Positions 44,817 to 55,278 of a DNA stretch of 64,000 nucleotides are shown piece by piece. The DNA comes from Candidatus Eiseniibacteriota bacterium. Its GTDB lineage: Bacteria > Eisenbacteria > RBG-16-71-46 > CAVPCR01. The position numbers and the translations under genes are program-made. The notes beneath the pieces were generated by a model that was not told where the DNA came from, did not search any database, and worked only from the letters and a program-made list of their open reading frames with translations. The stretch spans positions 192,001-256,000 of the forward strand of contig CAVPCR010000005.1 of assembly GCA_963702435.1 (NCBI GenBank), read 5' to 3'. The stretch's first letter is position 1. Every line of letters starts with the position of its first letter.

Positions 44817-45829
44817 TGAGCCCCCCCGCTGCGCGCGATCGGCGATGGCGGCGCGGCCTCCGGGCCGGCGGCCGCGGGCCGCTCGCGCCAGTAGTCTAGG
44901 AGATCGGCGAGGGTGGTGGCGAGCGGGATTCGCGGCTTCCAGCCCGTCGCCGCCGCGAGCCGGGCCGGACTCCCCCGCTGGAAGGGAACGTCGGCGGGAG
45001 CGAGCCGCTCCGGGTCGACCTCGATCTCGACCGGGACCCGGGCCAGACCGCACAGGATATCGAGGAGATCCCGGATCCGCCGCGCCGTCCCCGAGCACAC
45101 GTTGTAGCACTCTCCGGGGCGGCCGTGCTCGAGCGCCGCCACGTAGCCGCGCACGATGTCGCGCACATCGGTGAAATCGCGGTGGGCCTCCAGATTCCCG
45201 ACGCGCACGACGGGCGGCGCGAGGCCCGCCTCGGCGGCGGCGATCTGCCGGGCGAAGGCGGAGGCCGCGAAGTGCGGATGCTCGCCCGGGCCGCTGTGGT
45301 TGAAGGCGCGCGTGACGACGACCGGGATCCCCGCCGAGCGCCCGTAAGCGAGCGCCATCAGCTCCTGCGCGGCCTTGCTCGCGGCGTAGAGGGTCTGCGG
45401 GCGGAGCGGCGCGTCCTCGGTGATGGGATCCGAGCCGGCCGCACCATAGACCGCGCTCGATCCCGCGACGTGCACGCGCGGCGCGAGGCCCGCGGCGAGC
45501 AGGGCCTCGCAGAGGAGACGCGTCCCTTGCACGTTCACGGCGAGGAAGCGATCGTCGGTGGGACCCGCAGGGCGCCCGAACGTGACGGCGGCGAGGTGAT
45601 ACACGCGATCGGGTCGCGCGCCGGCGACGACCCGGCGCACGAACTCGAAGTCGGTCACGTCCCCGTCATGGTAGGCGGCGAAGGCCGGTCCGACATCCGG
45701 CGCGAGCGGCCCCTGGCCGAGACCGACGAGCCGCGGGGCGGGGCCGCCCGCGGCGGCCTCCCCGGCTAGACATGCAGCGAGATGCCTGCCGGCAAACCCG
45801 CTCGCCCCCGTGATGAGAATGGTGGTCAT
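44813..45829 (-). CDS. GDP-4-keto-6-deoxyhexose reductase / GMD-Rmd-family SDR
   Basis: GASGFAGRHL, YAASK, RAFNHSGPG, FARQIA and GNLEAHRDFTDVRD. Confidence 0.8.
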   Translation of the reverse strand: MTTILITGASGFAGRHLAACLAGEAAAGGPAPRLVGLGQGPLAPDVGPAFAAYHDGDVTDFEFVRRVVAGARPDRVYHLAAVTFGRPAGPTDDRFLAVNVQGTRLLCEALLAAGLAPRVHVAGSSAVYGAAGSDPITEDAPLRPQTLYAASKAAQELMALAYGRSAGIPVVVTRAFNHSGPGEHPHFAASAFARQIAAAEAGLAPPVVRVGNLEAHRDFTDVRDIVRGYVAALEHGRPGECYNVCSGTARRIRDLLDILCGLARVPVEIEVDPERLAPADVPFQRGSPARLAAATGWKPRIPLATTLADLLDYWRERPAAAGPEAAPPSPIARSGGAQ

Positions 45830-45860
45830 CCGTTCCTTGCCCCGGCCGTCCGGACCGGAC

Positions 45861-47591
45861 TCACAGGGCAGCTTCGCGACGAAGGAACTCGAAGTCGCCG
45901 ATCCGCACCTCGCGCCGGTAGTTCCGCTCGAGGTAAGCCTTGAACTCGGGCACGCGCTCGATCTCCTGGACCGAGTCGCGCGGCTCGATGACGTTCTGGT
46001 CGTTGTGCACGATCGCGATCCAGTCCGGCGGATCGGCATCGACATCCGACCAGAAGAGCCTCCATGCCGCGGCCCGCGCTGACTCGGGCAAGGTCTCCGA
46101 GGTGAGGTAGTAGTCGTAGATGAAGCGGGTCGGGGAGCGACGTTCGGAGAGGAAGTTGACCGCCGGCTCGAATCCCCAGACGAGGAGCGTTTCCTCCGGC
46201 GTCAGGTTGGCCCGGGCCCAGGCTGCCGCCCGGAAGGTCTCGACCGGATCGACGTCGCTCCGCCCGCGGCGCGGCGTGAAGTGGGCGAGGAACTGATCCT
46301 CGCTCACGTCGCCGATCGCATAGTGATAGCGGAATCGCGCTTCCCGCCAGTTGAGACCGGCGAGACCCCACACTCCGATCGCGATGAGGAGCGCGGCGCC
46401 GAGTCGCTGCCACGGGGTCACGCGCAGGCGCGCCATGGCCGCTCCCGCCGGGGCGTGGGCGAAGAGCACTTCCCCGAGATGGGCCAGGCCACGCCCCCAG
46501 AGGACGGCCAGCGGGGCCATGATCGGATAGAAGTGATAGGACCAGAGCCGGCCCTGGGCGAGCACCTCGACGAACGAGGCGATGAGCCACGACAGGACCA
46601 CCCGGGACGCGAGCTTCGGCCAGCGGCGGATCGCGCAGTACGCGCCCGGCACGATGAGCGCGAACAGGCGCACGTCGAGGAGCCGCCTGAAGGAGTTCGG
46701 GAAGAGCCCGATCACGCCGGGGATGCTGCGCAGCCCCTCGCTGCCATAGACGATGTTGAGGAGGAAGACCTGCTCGATGAAAGGACGGAGCGCCTGGTGA
46801 TAGGCGAAGTAGCCTACCGCCGCCGCCCAGGGGATCAGGAGTCCGGCCACGATCGCGCCCGCGCGGAGGAGATCGAAGCGCGGCAACGCGGCGAGGAGCG
46901 CGACGATCACGGCGAGCGCGGTCGGCTTGCCGAGCGTCGCCGTGCCCAGGCAGACGCCGGCGAGGAACCACCAGCGCGCGCGTCGCGGCGGATGCACTGC
47001 CGGCGCGCCGGGCGCGGGCGCCGCGGCCGGCGCCGCATCGTCGTCCCCGTGCGCGCCGGGCGGCGTCCCGGCGAGAAGCGCGATCAGGATGCTCGCGATG
47101 ACGAGCGGTTCCATGAAGGCCTCGGCCTGCGCCCCGTTCCAGTACGCGCCGAGGCCGCTCACGCTCACGAAGAGAAGATAGACGGCGCCGGCGAACAGCC
47201 CGTAGAGCAGCCGGCCGCTCACCCGGGTCGTGATCCAGGTGACTCCGAGCCCGCCAACGAGGGTGGCCAGCCAGGCATGGAGACGGATGGCCGACATGCT
47301 GTGGCCGAAGAGGGACAGGCTCAGGGCGTAGGCGGCGAACGGCAGCGGCCCCTTGTGCTCGAGACCCGCCTCGAGATATGGGATCTCCCCGTGGAGCCAG
47401 CGCCAGCCGATGTAGGCGAAAACCCCCTGGTCGCGCCCCGGTGGATCGGTGAGGTACAGGAAGCCGATGAGGGCAGCCGCCGCGAAGGCCCCCAGGGCGA
47501 TCACGAGCCCCAGGCCCTGGCTCACCAGGCGCCACACACCCGTTTTTCCCGGGCGGCGGCTCCGCCGCGCCGGCTGCATCGTCGTCATCAT
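45861..47591 (-). CDS. GT-C (ArnT/PMT-like) membrane glycosyltransferase
   Basis: RDQGVFAYIG..WL.G..PY...EHKGPL, multiple TMs, EAF and HFY motifs. Confidence 0.75.
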   Translation of the reverse strand: MMTTMQPARRSRRPGKTGVWRLVSQGLGLVIALGAFAAAALIGFLYLTDPPGRDQGVFAYIGWRWLHGEIPYLEAGLEHKGPLPFAAYALSLSLFGHSMSAIRLHAWLATLVGGLGVTWITTRVSGRLLYGLFAGAVYLLFVSVSGLGAYWNGAQAEAFMEPLVIASILIALLAGTPPGAHGDDDAAPAAAPAPGAPAVHPPRRARWWFLAGVCLGTATLGKPTALAVIVALLAALPRFDLLRAGAIVAGLLIPWAAAVGYFAYHQALRPFIEQVFLLNIVYGSEGLRSIPGVIGLFPNSFRRLLDVRLFALIVPGAYCAIRRWPKLASRVVLSWLIASFVEVLAQGRLWSYHFYPIMAPLAVLWGRGLAHLGEVLFAHAPAGAAMARLRVTPWQRLGAALLIAIGVWGLAGLNWREARFRYHYAIGDVSEDQFLAHFTPRRGRSDVDPVETFRAAAWARANLTPEETLLVWGFEPAVNFLSERRSPTRFIYDYYLTSETLPESARAAAWRLFWSDVDADPPDWIAIVHNDQNVIEPRDSVQEIERVPEFKAYLERNYRREVRIGDFEFLRREAAL

Positions 47592-47666
47592 TCCGTAACG
47601 TTTCTCGGCAACCCAGGGGGATAGCTCAAGACCGCGCCGCTCCTTGCCGCAAAGAAGTGTGATTCT

Positions 47667-49403
47667 ATGACTTTCCCATCCAGACCGCGAGGGCTTCCGC
47701 TGCCGGCTGCCGGACATGGCCTGCCGACCGCCGGGCCCCGCCACCTCTCGCTCCTCCTCCTGATCGGGGGGCTCCTCGCCCTCCTCTTCCTCGCGCATGC
47801 CGTCCACCTGCGCGCGGTGACCGACGACGCCTACATCAGCTTCCACTTCGCGCGCCACCTGGCCAGGGGCTACGGCCTCGCCTGGAACGAGGGGGACCCG
47901 CCGCTCGAGGGATACTCGAACTTCTTGTGGGTCGTCATCCACTCCGTCGCCTACCGCGCCGGGCTCTCCCTGGAAAAGACGTCGCTCGTCCTCGGGCTCG
48001 CCGCGGGGCTCGGCGTCCTCGCGTTCGCCTTCGCCTTCGCGCGCCGCTGGTTCGGCGCCGCGGCGCCCCCCACGCTCTTCGTCGTGGCGTGGCTCGTCCT
48101 GTGCGGGCCGCTGGCCGCCTGGTCGGCCGGCGGGCTCGAGACATCGCTCTTCGCCTGCCTTGTGCTCGGCGGGACCTACTACACGGGGGGTTACGCGCGG
48201 CGCGGGGCGAGCGGCGACCTGGCGCGAGCCGCCACGCTCTTCTTCCTCTCCTGTCTCACCAGGCCCGAGGGCATCGGGGTGACGGGCATCATCCTCCTCG
48301 CGAGCACTCTCTGGTGGCCGCGGGGAAGCGCTGTGGATGGGACGCGCGGTCCGACGCGCGCCCGGCTCTGGCTCGGCTTCGCGCTCCTCGTCTTCGTGCC
48401 GTTCGCGATCTACACGCTCTGGCGCGTGAGCTACTTCGGATCGCTGCTCCCCAACACGTTCCACGCGAAGACCGGAGGCGGCACCGACCATCTGCTGCGC
48501 GGCGTGCGCTACCTCGTCTACTTTGCCCGCGATTACGTCGTGCCGCTGGCGTTCCTGGTCATCGTCCTCGTCTTCGTCCGCGTCCTCCTCGGCCGCGGCG
48601 CGCAGCGCGCATTGGCTGCACCTCGCGCCCCGGGCGATCGCGCACAGCAGTTCGAGACGCGGCTCCTCCTCGCGCTGACCGTCGTCTTCAGCGCGTATGT
48701 CGCGGTCGTGGGCGGCGACTACATGCCGATGTACCGCTTCCTCGTGCCGCTGGCGGCCCCCCTCGCCCTCCTCGCGGCGGCGGCCGCCGCGGGGCTCGGC
48801 GGCGGCGCCCTCGCGACGCGCGGGCAGCGCACCGCCGCCGCCCTGGCCGTGGTTCTCGCGCTCGGCCTCACCTTCCACCACTCGACGCCGCTCGAGCGCG
48901 ACACCTTCGGCAAGCCGCCGCTCCTTGAAGGCACCTATCGCGGCGTTCGCCTCCAGCGCTGGAACACGGCGCGCCTGAGCCACATCGGGCGGTACTTCCG
49001 CGACTACAGCCGCCGGCCCGGTGAGACGATCGCCGCGCGCGGCGTGGGCGCCATCGCCTACTTCTCGAACCTGCCGGTCATCGACGTGCTCGGGATCGTG
49101 GATCCGCACATCGCCCACCGGCAGTCGGACCGGCAGACGCTCCGGAAGAGCCCGCCCGGCCATGAGAAGCGCGACTGGCCGTACGTCCTCGATCTCGAGC
49201 CGACCTACATCGTGCTCAAGTCGCGACTCAAGCCGACTCCGCTGCCCGTCGAGTCGATCACGAGCGACATGGGTCCGGAGGAGGTGGAGCGCGTGCGCCG
49301 CGAGTACGAGGTGGTCGCGGTGTGGGTCGACGATCCGGTGACGCGCGAGTCCGGGTACTTCTCCTTCCTCGAGCGCCGCGGGTCGCGGCCGCCGGCGCAG
49401 TAA
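47667..49403 (+). CDS. GT-C membrane glycosyltransferase (AftB-like DDAYI family)
   Basis: TDDAYISFHFARHLARGYGLAWN, EGYSN, GLET, TRPEG, LPNTFHAK, GGDYMPMYRF and many TMs. Confidence 0.75.
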   Translation: MTFPSRPRGLPLPAAGHGLPTAGPRHLSLLLLIGGLLALLFLAHAVHLRAVTDDAYISFHFARHLARGYGLAWNEGDPPLEGYSNFLWVVIHSVAYRAGLSLEKTSLVLGLAAGLGVLAFAFAFARRWFGAAAPPTLFVVAWLVLCGPLAAWSAGGLETSLFACLVLGGTYYTGGYARRGASGDLARAATLFFLSCLTRPEGIGVTGIILLASTLWWPRGSAVDGTRGPTRARLWLGFALLVFVPFAIYTLWRVSYFGSLLPNTFHAKTGGGTDHLLRGVRYLVYFARDYVVPLAFLVIVLVFVRVLLGRGAQRALAAPRAPGDRAQQFETRLLLALTVVFSAYVAVVGGDYMPMYRFLVPLAAPLALLAAAAAAGLGGGALATRGQRTAAALAVVLALGLTFHHSTPLERDTFGKPPLLEGTYRGVRLQRWNTARLSHIGRYFRDYSRRPGETIAARGVGAIAYFSNLPVIDVLGIVDPHIAHRQSDRQTLRKSPPGHEKRDWPYVLDLEPTYIVLKSRLKPTPLPVESITSDMGPEEVERVRREYEVVAVWVDDPVTRESGYFSFLERRGSRPPAQ

Positions 49404-49534
49404 GAGCCCGGACGCGGCGCGACGGGTTGCGGCCGGCGCCTTCCCCGACCGCGGCGGCCGCGCTATCATGCCGCACGGTCTGATCGGCCACGGAGGACGA
49501 GCGTGAACGAGGCAGCGGTGCCGAGATCCATGTC

Positions 49535-50887
49535 ATGAAGCGAGGGCTGTGGATAGGCGGCCTGCTCGCCTACCTCGCCGTTCGCATGGTGCTCGCGACC
49601 CATCCGACCTATCTGGTCGACGTCCAGATGTACGCCCACTGGGGCCTCAAGGCCGCGACGAAGGGGCTCCCGGATGTGTATCGCACGTCCGGCATGGACT
49701 ACCCACCGCTCTACGCGTACGTCCTCTATCCGCTGGGCAAGATCTACCTGTGGCTCGCACCAGGCGGTAGCTGGAGCGTCAGCGAGTCGCGCCTCCTCAC
49801 CTTTCTGATCAAGCTGCCGCCGCTCCTCTTCGATCTCGCGATCGCCTGGTTGCTCGCCGCGATGGCGCGGCGGCGCGGCGCCGGCGCCACCTGGCAGCGA
49901 ACTCTCCCCGCTCTCTACCTGTGCAATCCGGCGGTGGTCTTCAGCACGGGATACTGGGGACATCCCGACTCGATGTACTGTTTCCTCGCTCTCGCCGCCC
50001 TCGTCGTGTTCGGATCCACCCGCCGATCCGGCGGATTCGCCGCCCTCTCCGGCGCGCTCCTCATGCTCGCCCTCCTCACCAAGCCGCTGGCGGCGCCGTA
50101 CATTCCGCTCCTCGCCGGTCTCGGCCTCCTCTGGCATGGCGTCCGCCGCACGCTCCTCGGCATCGCGGCTGCGCTCGGCACCGGCGTGCTCGTCTGCCTC
50201 CCCTTCATCCTGCGCGAGGGCGTAGTCACGTTCATCGGACACACCAGCGACAATCTCCGCGTGATGCCGTTCACGACCTGCAACGCGCACAACATCTGGT
50301 GGCTCATCGCACCGTGGCGACCGGCGGCGGAGGTGTGGGGCGGGCCGATCACGTTCAGCCATGCGGGGCTCGGCTTCGTCCTCCTCTTCCTCGCCGCGCT
50401 CGCGGTCCTCGCCTGGCGCACGCACCGGCGGCGACCCGGCGGCCTCGGCGCGGAGCAGGGAATCGCCCTCGCCGCCGCCTGCGCCTTCGGCTTCTTCATG
50501 CTGTTGACGCGCCTCCACGAGAACCACATGGTCCCCGTGGTCGTCTTCCTCACCGCCCTCCTGCCGTGGCCTGCGACGCGCACGGAGCGGCAAGCCCTCG
50601 TGGCCCTCCTCGCCGCCGCGAGCCTCGGGAGCCTCCTCAACATGGCGCTCCACGATCCGGATCTCTCGATCCTGTGGCCGCCCGCGGCTCCCGAGCTCAC
50701 GCCGGTGGAAATCATCATGGGCGGACGGATCTACTTCGGCCCGCACGGTGCGACCCGCTGGGCGGCGTGGCTCAACGTGGCGACCTTCCTCGCCTTCACC
50801 CTGTGGATCTTCCTGCCGCGCGGCCGCGGGCTCCTCGACCGGCTGGCGCCGGCGCCGCACCCGCCGCGAACGACGGAGACGCGATGA
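49535..50887 (+). CDS. GT-C membrane glycosyltransferase (DYPP, mannosyltransferase-like)
   Basis: DYPPLY, IKLP..LFD, NP......WGHPDS, NAHNIW and RLHE. Confidence 0.72.
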   Translation: MKRGLWIGGLLAYLAVRMVLATHPTYLVDVQMYAHWGLKAATKGLPDVYRTSGMDYPPLYAYVLYPLGKIYLWLAPGGSWSVSESRLLTFLIKLPPLLFDLAIAWLLAAMARRRGAGATWQRTLPALYLCNPAVVFSTGYWGHPDSMYCFLALAALVVFGSTRRSGGFAALSGALLMLALLTKPLAAPYIPLLAGLGLLWHGVRRTLLGIAAALGTGVLVCLPFILREGVVTFIGHTSDNLRVMPFTTCNAHNIWWLIAPWRPAAEVWGGPITFSHAGLGFVLLFLAALAVLAWRTHRRRPGGLGAEQGIALAAACAFGFFMLLTRLHENHMVPVVVFLTALLPWPATRTERQALVALLAAASLGSLLNMALHDPDLSILWPPAAPELTPVEIIMGGRIYFGPHGATRWAAWLNVATFLAFTLWIFLPRGRGLLDRLAPAPHPPRTTETR

Positions 50888-52150
50888 ACGCACCCGCGCG
50901 GGACTCCGCCCCGCTCGAGCTCCTCATCGCGACGACCACCTTCACCGCGCCCGCACTCGCGCGCGGCGGGATGCAGCTCGCGGTGCGAGCGCAGGTCGAG
51001 CGCCTCGCGGCGCGCCATCACGTGACGGTGGTCGCGCCGTATCGCCTCTACCCCCCGCTCGGGCGCTACGTGGCGAAGCGCCGCCAGGTGCCGCCGGGCG
51101 CGACGCAGCGAGCGCGAGTCGATCGGCGGGAGCAAGATCGCGATCTTCCGGCCGCGCCAGCTCCATGTGCCCGGCCTGTGGCGGGCTCTCGATCCGTACT
51201 TCATGACGCGCGGGATCCTCGCCGCGGCGCGGGCCGGACGCCGGCCCGACCTCCTGCACGGTCACTGGCTCCATCCGCAGGGAACGGCCGCCGCCAACGC
51301 GGCCCGCGCGCTTGGGCGCCCAGCCGTCCTGACCGCGCACGGGACCGATGTCGCCCGCTTCGACGGGCCGGGCGGCGCGTACTACCGGACCCATTCGCTC
51401 GCCGCGGCCCGGGCCGCCGCCCGCGTCATCTGCGTGAGCGGCGCCATGCGCGACCGCCTCGCCGACCTCGGCGTCGCCGCGGAACGGCTCGTCGTGATCC
51501 CGAACGGCGTGGATCTCGAGCGCTTCACGCCGCGCGAGCGCGCGGCCGCGCGCGCCGAGATCGCCGCGGCGCTCGGGCCGGCCGTCGCGGGCGGTGAGCG
51601 CGGGCCCTTGCTGGTCTTCGCGGGCGAGCTCCTGCCGGTGAAGCAGGTGGACCGGCTGCTCCGCGCCGTGAAGGAACTCGCCGCGGGCGCCGCCGCCCCG
51701 CTTCGCGTGGCGCTCGCGCTCGCCGGCGGCGGCCCCGAGGAGGATCGCCTCCGCACGCTGGCGCGCGAGCTGGGGCTGGGCGACGCGGTCGTCTTCACGG
51801 GACAGCGCCCGCACGCGGAGATGCCGGCGTGGCTCGCGGCCGCCGATCTCCTCGTCTTGCCGAGCGCGAGCGAGGGCTTGCCGCTCGTCGTGCCGGAGGC
51901 GCTCGCCGCCGGAACGCCGGTCGTCGCGAGCCGGGTCGGCGGCATCCCGGAGTGCGTCGCCGAGGGCGTGACGGGAGTGCTCGTGCCGCCAGAGGGGGAT
52001 GCGGAGCTCGCGGCGGGCCTCCGCGCGGCGCTCACCCGCACCTGGGACCGCGCGGCGCTCGCCGCCGCGGCACGCCCCTTCGGCTGGGACGCGCAGGTCG
52101 CGCGCATCGAGGCGGTCTACTACGAGGTCCTCGCCGCGGCGCGCGCCTGA
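50884..52150 (+). CDS. GT4 glycosyltransferase (TuaC-like), +1 frameshift near 51110
   Basis: N-terminus MNAPARDSAPLELLIATTT... in one frame, then TAHGTDV, IPNGVD, PSASEGLP..EALAAG and SRVGGIPE in the next frame. Confidence 0.8.
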
Positions 52151-52230
52151 GCAACGCGAAGCGGCGAGGCCGCCGCACAAGCGACCTCGCCGCAACGTAT
52201 CGCTCGCCGCGCTGTTTTCCGCGGAGCGCC

Positions 52231-55116
52231 TTACCGGACCACGACGAGCCGCGCGGTCGCGCTCCTGCCGCCCGCCTCGAGCCGGTAGAAGTAGACGCCG
52301 CTCGGCACGGCGCGCCCCGCCTCATCGCGCCCGTTCCACTCATGCCGGTGCTCGGCCGCAGTCTCCGGTCCGTCGACGAGAGTCCGCACGTGCCGTCCGC
52401 TCACGTCGTAGATGCGGAGGCTCACCGGCCCCGCAGCCGCCAGGCGGTAGCGGATCGCCGCCGGGGGCAGCACCGGATTCGGCGCTATCGGGGCGAGCGT
52501 GAAACCCGCCGCCGGGGCGGCCGCCGCCTCGACGCCGCCGGCCACCCCGAACCACTCGAGCACCCGGGTGACAAGGAGCTCCCGCTGCGCGTCCTCGTAG
52601 ATCCCCTCGAGCCCGAAGCTCAGGAAGACGAGCTTCTGATTCCCATCGGTGAAGTGCGTGCCGCCGAACCAGGACGGCACGTTCTGATAATGGACGAAGT
52701 TGACCCCGCTCAGCTGCCCGATGACGTCGGGCGTCGACTGCCCGTAGGGGCCGGCCGGTTCGAGGCTGAATGAAAGGCCGTTGCCGAGCAGATCCCCCGC
52801 CACGCCGGTCAAGAAGTAGATCCCCGCCGTCGTGGTCGTGTACAGGCAGCGGAGCGTGTTGACGAACCAGATGATCGTCTCCCCCGAGAAGTGGGGGCTC
52901 GCCGGATCGGCGAGGTCGTAGGCGATCTCCTGGCCGGAAACGAGGAGCTTCCCACCGCCCGCGAGGTAGCTCGTGATGAGCGCGCGCTCGCCGGCATCGA
53001 GCGACAGCGACGTCGTGCCCGTGAGCCAGATCACGCACTGGCCGGCGTCGTTCAGGTCGTCGAGCGCGAGCGCGCCCCAGGCCGGGTCGTACACGCCGTA
53101 GGAGCGGCCGACGGCCGCGAGCGTGCTCGCCACACGCACCTCGCGGGTCTCGCCCCCGTCGTCGTCGACCACGAGCACCTGCGCGCCGTTCAACTTGGTG
53201 AAGGAGACCTCGCTCGACTGCGTCGGATCGCCCTGGGAGACGGCGCGGAGCGTGATCGTCGCGCTTCCCGGGTTCCCCTGCGAATCGAGGCTGATCGTGA
53301 TCGGTGCCGCGGCCCCCACGGACAGGCTCAAGGTGCTCGGACCGCTGAAGGTGCCGGCGGGAGTCGTGTAGGAGTAGCTCCAGCCGGCCGGCGCGCCGTT
53401 CAAGGTGATGTCGTAGGTGTCGCTCGCGAGGCCGCGGTTCTGCATGCTCGCGGCGAAGGAGACCGCCTCGCTCGCGCTGCCGATCTGGGCCGGCGGGCCG
53501 GTGCGCGCCATGCTGAGCGCGTAGAGGATGTTCGCCGCGGCCCGGGCGTTCACGAAGCCCCAGCCGTAACTCGTGTCGTAGCCGGTGGCGCCGAGATCAC
53601 GACAGGTGGCGTAGAGACGGGCCTCCGCCTGGGCCGCCGTGTAGTTGGGATTGACCGAGAGCATGAGCGCCGCGACACCAGCGGCATAGGGCGAGGAGAA
53701 GGAGGTGCCGTCGACCGCCAGGTAGTCGCCGCCCCCGTAACCGGCACCGCCCGTGCGATCGGTTGTCCAGATGGTCTGACCCGGGGCGGACAGGTCGAGG
53801 CCGACTCCGTAGTTGCTGAAGCCGGCCCGGAAGCCGCCCGGGGCGAGCGCGGCGACCGCGTTCACGGTCGGCAGCGAGGAGGGATAGCCGATCGTCGGCT
53901 GGCCATCATTGCCGGCGGAGGCGAAGTGCACGACCCCCGCGTCACGGGTACGCTCGTACGCATCGGCGATGACGTTGCTCGGCTGGCCGTAGCTGTTCGA
54001 GTTGTTGGTGACGCGGCAGCCTTGCTGCTGGCCCCAGTCGATGGCCGCGGCCGTCCAGCTGTACTGCCCCGACCAGGTGCCGTTGCAGGGGACGGTGGCG
54101 ATGCCGATGCGCGCCGACAGGACGGGGCAGGCCGGCGAGATGCCGACGACGCCGAGCGCGTTGTTGATAACGGCAGCAATGCAACCCGCAACTGCCGTGC
54201 CGTGATTGTCGCAGGCGTTCACCGGGCCGCCGTTCCCGGCCTCGGTCGTGAAATCACGTCCGCCGGCCACGTTGAGATCGGGGTGATTCAGCTGGACGCC
54301 GGTGTCGAGCACGAGCACCTTGATGCTCGCGCTCCCGGTCGTGATATCCCAGGCCTCGTCGCCATCCATGTCGAAGTTGATCTGGCCGCCGAACTGGCCG
54401 GTGTTGCGGATCCCCCAGAGATCCCCGAACTGCGTGTCGTTCGGAATGAGGTCGCTTCGCGCCGAGAACTGCATGTCGGGCTCGGCCCACGCCACCTCCG
54501 GCGCCTCGGCGAGCCGGTTGGCGATCGCCAGCACCTCGAATCCGTCGGCCGAGCGCGCGGCGAGCTCGAAGGCGCCGGAGAGGCCCGCGAAGTCCCGGGT
54601 CACCACCTCGAGCTCGGGCGCGAGCGCCGGGAGGAGGAGATCCGCCTCGGCAGCGAAGTCGGGCTTGAGGCGCACGAGGATGTGCGGCGTGACGGTCACC
54701 CAGGTCTCGTTCGATCCGTGGAACACGGGGGCCGCGAACTCGATCGAGGCGCCGGCGCCAAGCGCGGCGACCTGCGCCGCGGCATCCGCCGCATCGTCGA
54801 GCGCAGTCGCGAGGTCGAGGAGATGCCAGCGTGCGACCCCGGTCGGCACGGCCGCGACCGCGCGCACGCCGACAGCCTCCGCCGCGTCCAGGCGCGCGCG
54901 CTCGTCGATCTCGCTCCGGTAGCGCACGGCGAGCCGCGACACGTCCAGCCGGAGATCGATGCGCTCCCCTTGATACATGTAGTACGTCGGCGCCGGCGCG
55001 GCACCGGCGGGCGGCGCGAGCGCAGAGAGCGCCAGCGCCAGGGTCGAGGAGACGAGTACGAGTCGGAGGATGCGGGATGCGCGCGGGCGAGCGCCCGCGG
55101 CGGATCTGCTTTCCAT
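52231..55116 (-). CDS. Secreted S8 subtilisin-like protease with C-terminal FlgD-Ig-like domain
   Basis: VLDTGV, NHGTAVAG, SAGND and GTSFSSP triad. C-terminus PNP...IYDVSGR.VRTL...WNGRD..G..VPSGVYFYRL. Confidence 0.92.
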   Translation of the reverse strand: MESRSAAGARPRASRILRLVLVSSTLALALSALAPPAGAAPAPTYYMYQGERIDLRLDVSRLAVRYRSEIDERARLDAAEAVGVRAVAAVPTGVARWHLLDLATALDDAADAAAQVAALGAGASIEFAAPVFHGSNETWVTVTPHILVRLKPDFAAEADLLLPALAPELEVVTRDFAGLSGAFELAARSADGFEVLAIANRLAEAPEVAWAEPDMQFSARSDLIPNDTQFGDLWGIRNTGQFGGQINFDMDGDEAWDITTGSASIKVLVLDTGVQLNHPDLNVAGGRDFTTEAGNGGPVNACDNHGTAVAGCIAAVINNALGVVGISPACPVLSARIGIATVPCNGTWSGQYSWTAAAIDWGQQQGCRVTNNSNSYGQPSNVIADAYERTRDAGVVHFASAGNDGQPTIGYPSSLPTVNAVAALAPGGFRAGFSNYGVGLDLSAPGQTIWTTDRTGGAGYGGGDYLAVDGTSFSSPYAAGVAALMLSVNPNYTAAQAEARLYATCRDLGATGYDTSYGWGFVNARAAANILYALSMARTGPPAQIGSASEAVSFAASMQNRGLASDTYDITLNGAPAGWSYSYTTPAGTFSGPSTLSLSVGAAAPITISLDSQGNPGSATITLRAVSQGDPTQSSEVSFTKLNGAQVLVVDDDGGETREVRVASTLAAVGRSYGVYDPAWGALALDDLNDAGQCVIWLTGTTSLSLDAGERALITSYLAGGGKLLVSGQEIAYDLADPASPHFSGETIIWFVNTLRCLYTTTTAGIYFLTGVAGDLLGNGLSFSLEPAGPYGQSTPDVIGQLSGVNFVHYQNVPSWFGGTHFTDGNQKLVFLSFGLEGIYEDAQRELLVTRVLEWFGVAGGVEAAAAPAAGFTLAPIAPNPVLPPAAIRYRLAAAGPVSLRIYDVSGRHVRTLVDGPETAAEHRHEWNGRDEAGRAVPSGVYFYRLEAGGRSATARLVVVR

Positions 55117-55278
55117 CTTCTGCCCCCTGGTCAAGAGGTGGTGGGAAGGCCGGTTGGCGGCGGGGAGCGCCAGCCTTCCACCTCTATTATAGGTACTGGG
55201 GGCGCCGGCTGCCAGCGACAGCGGCCAGGCGAGGCCATGGGCGAGGCCATGCAGGAGGCGCGACGCGTTCTTGCCGAT

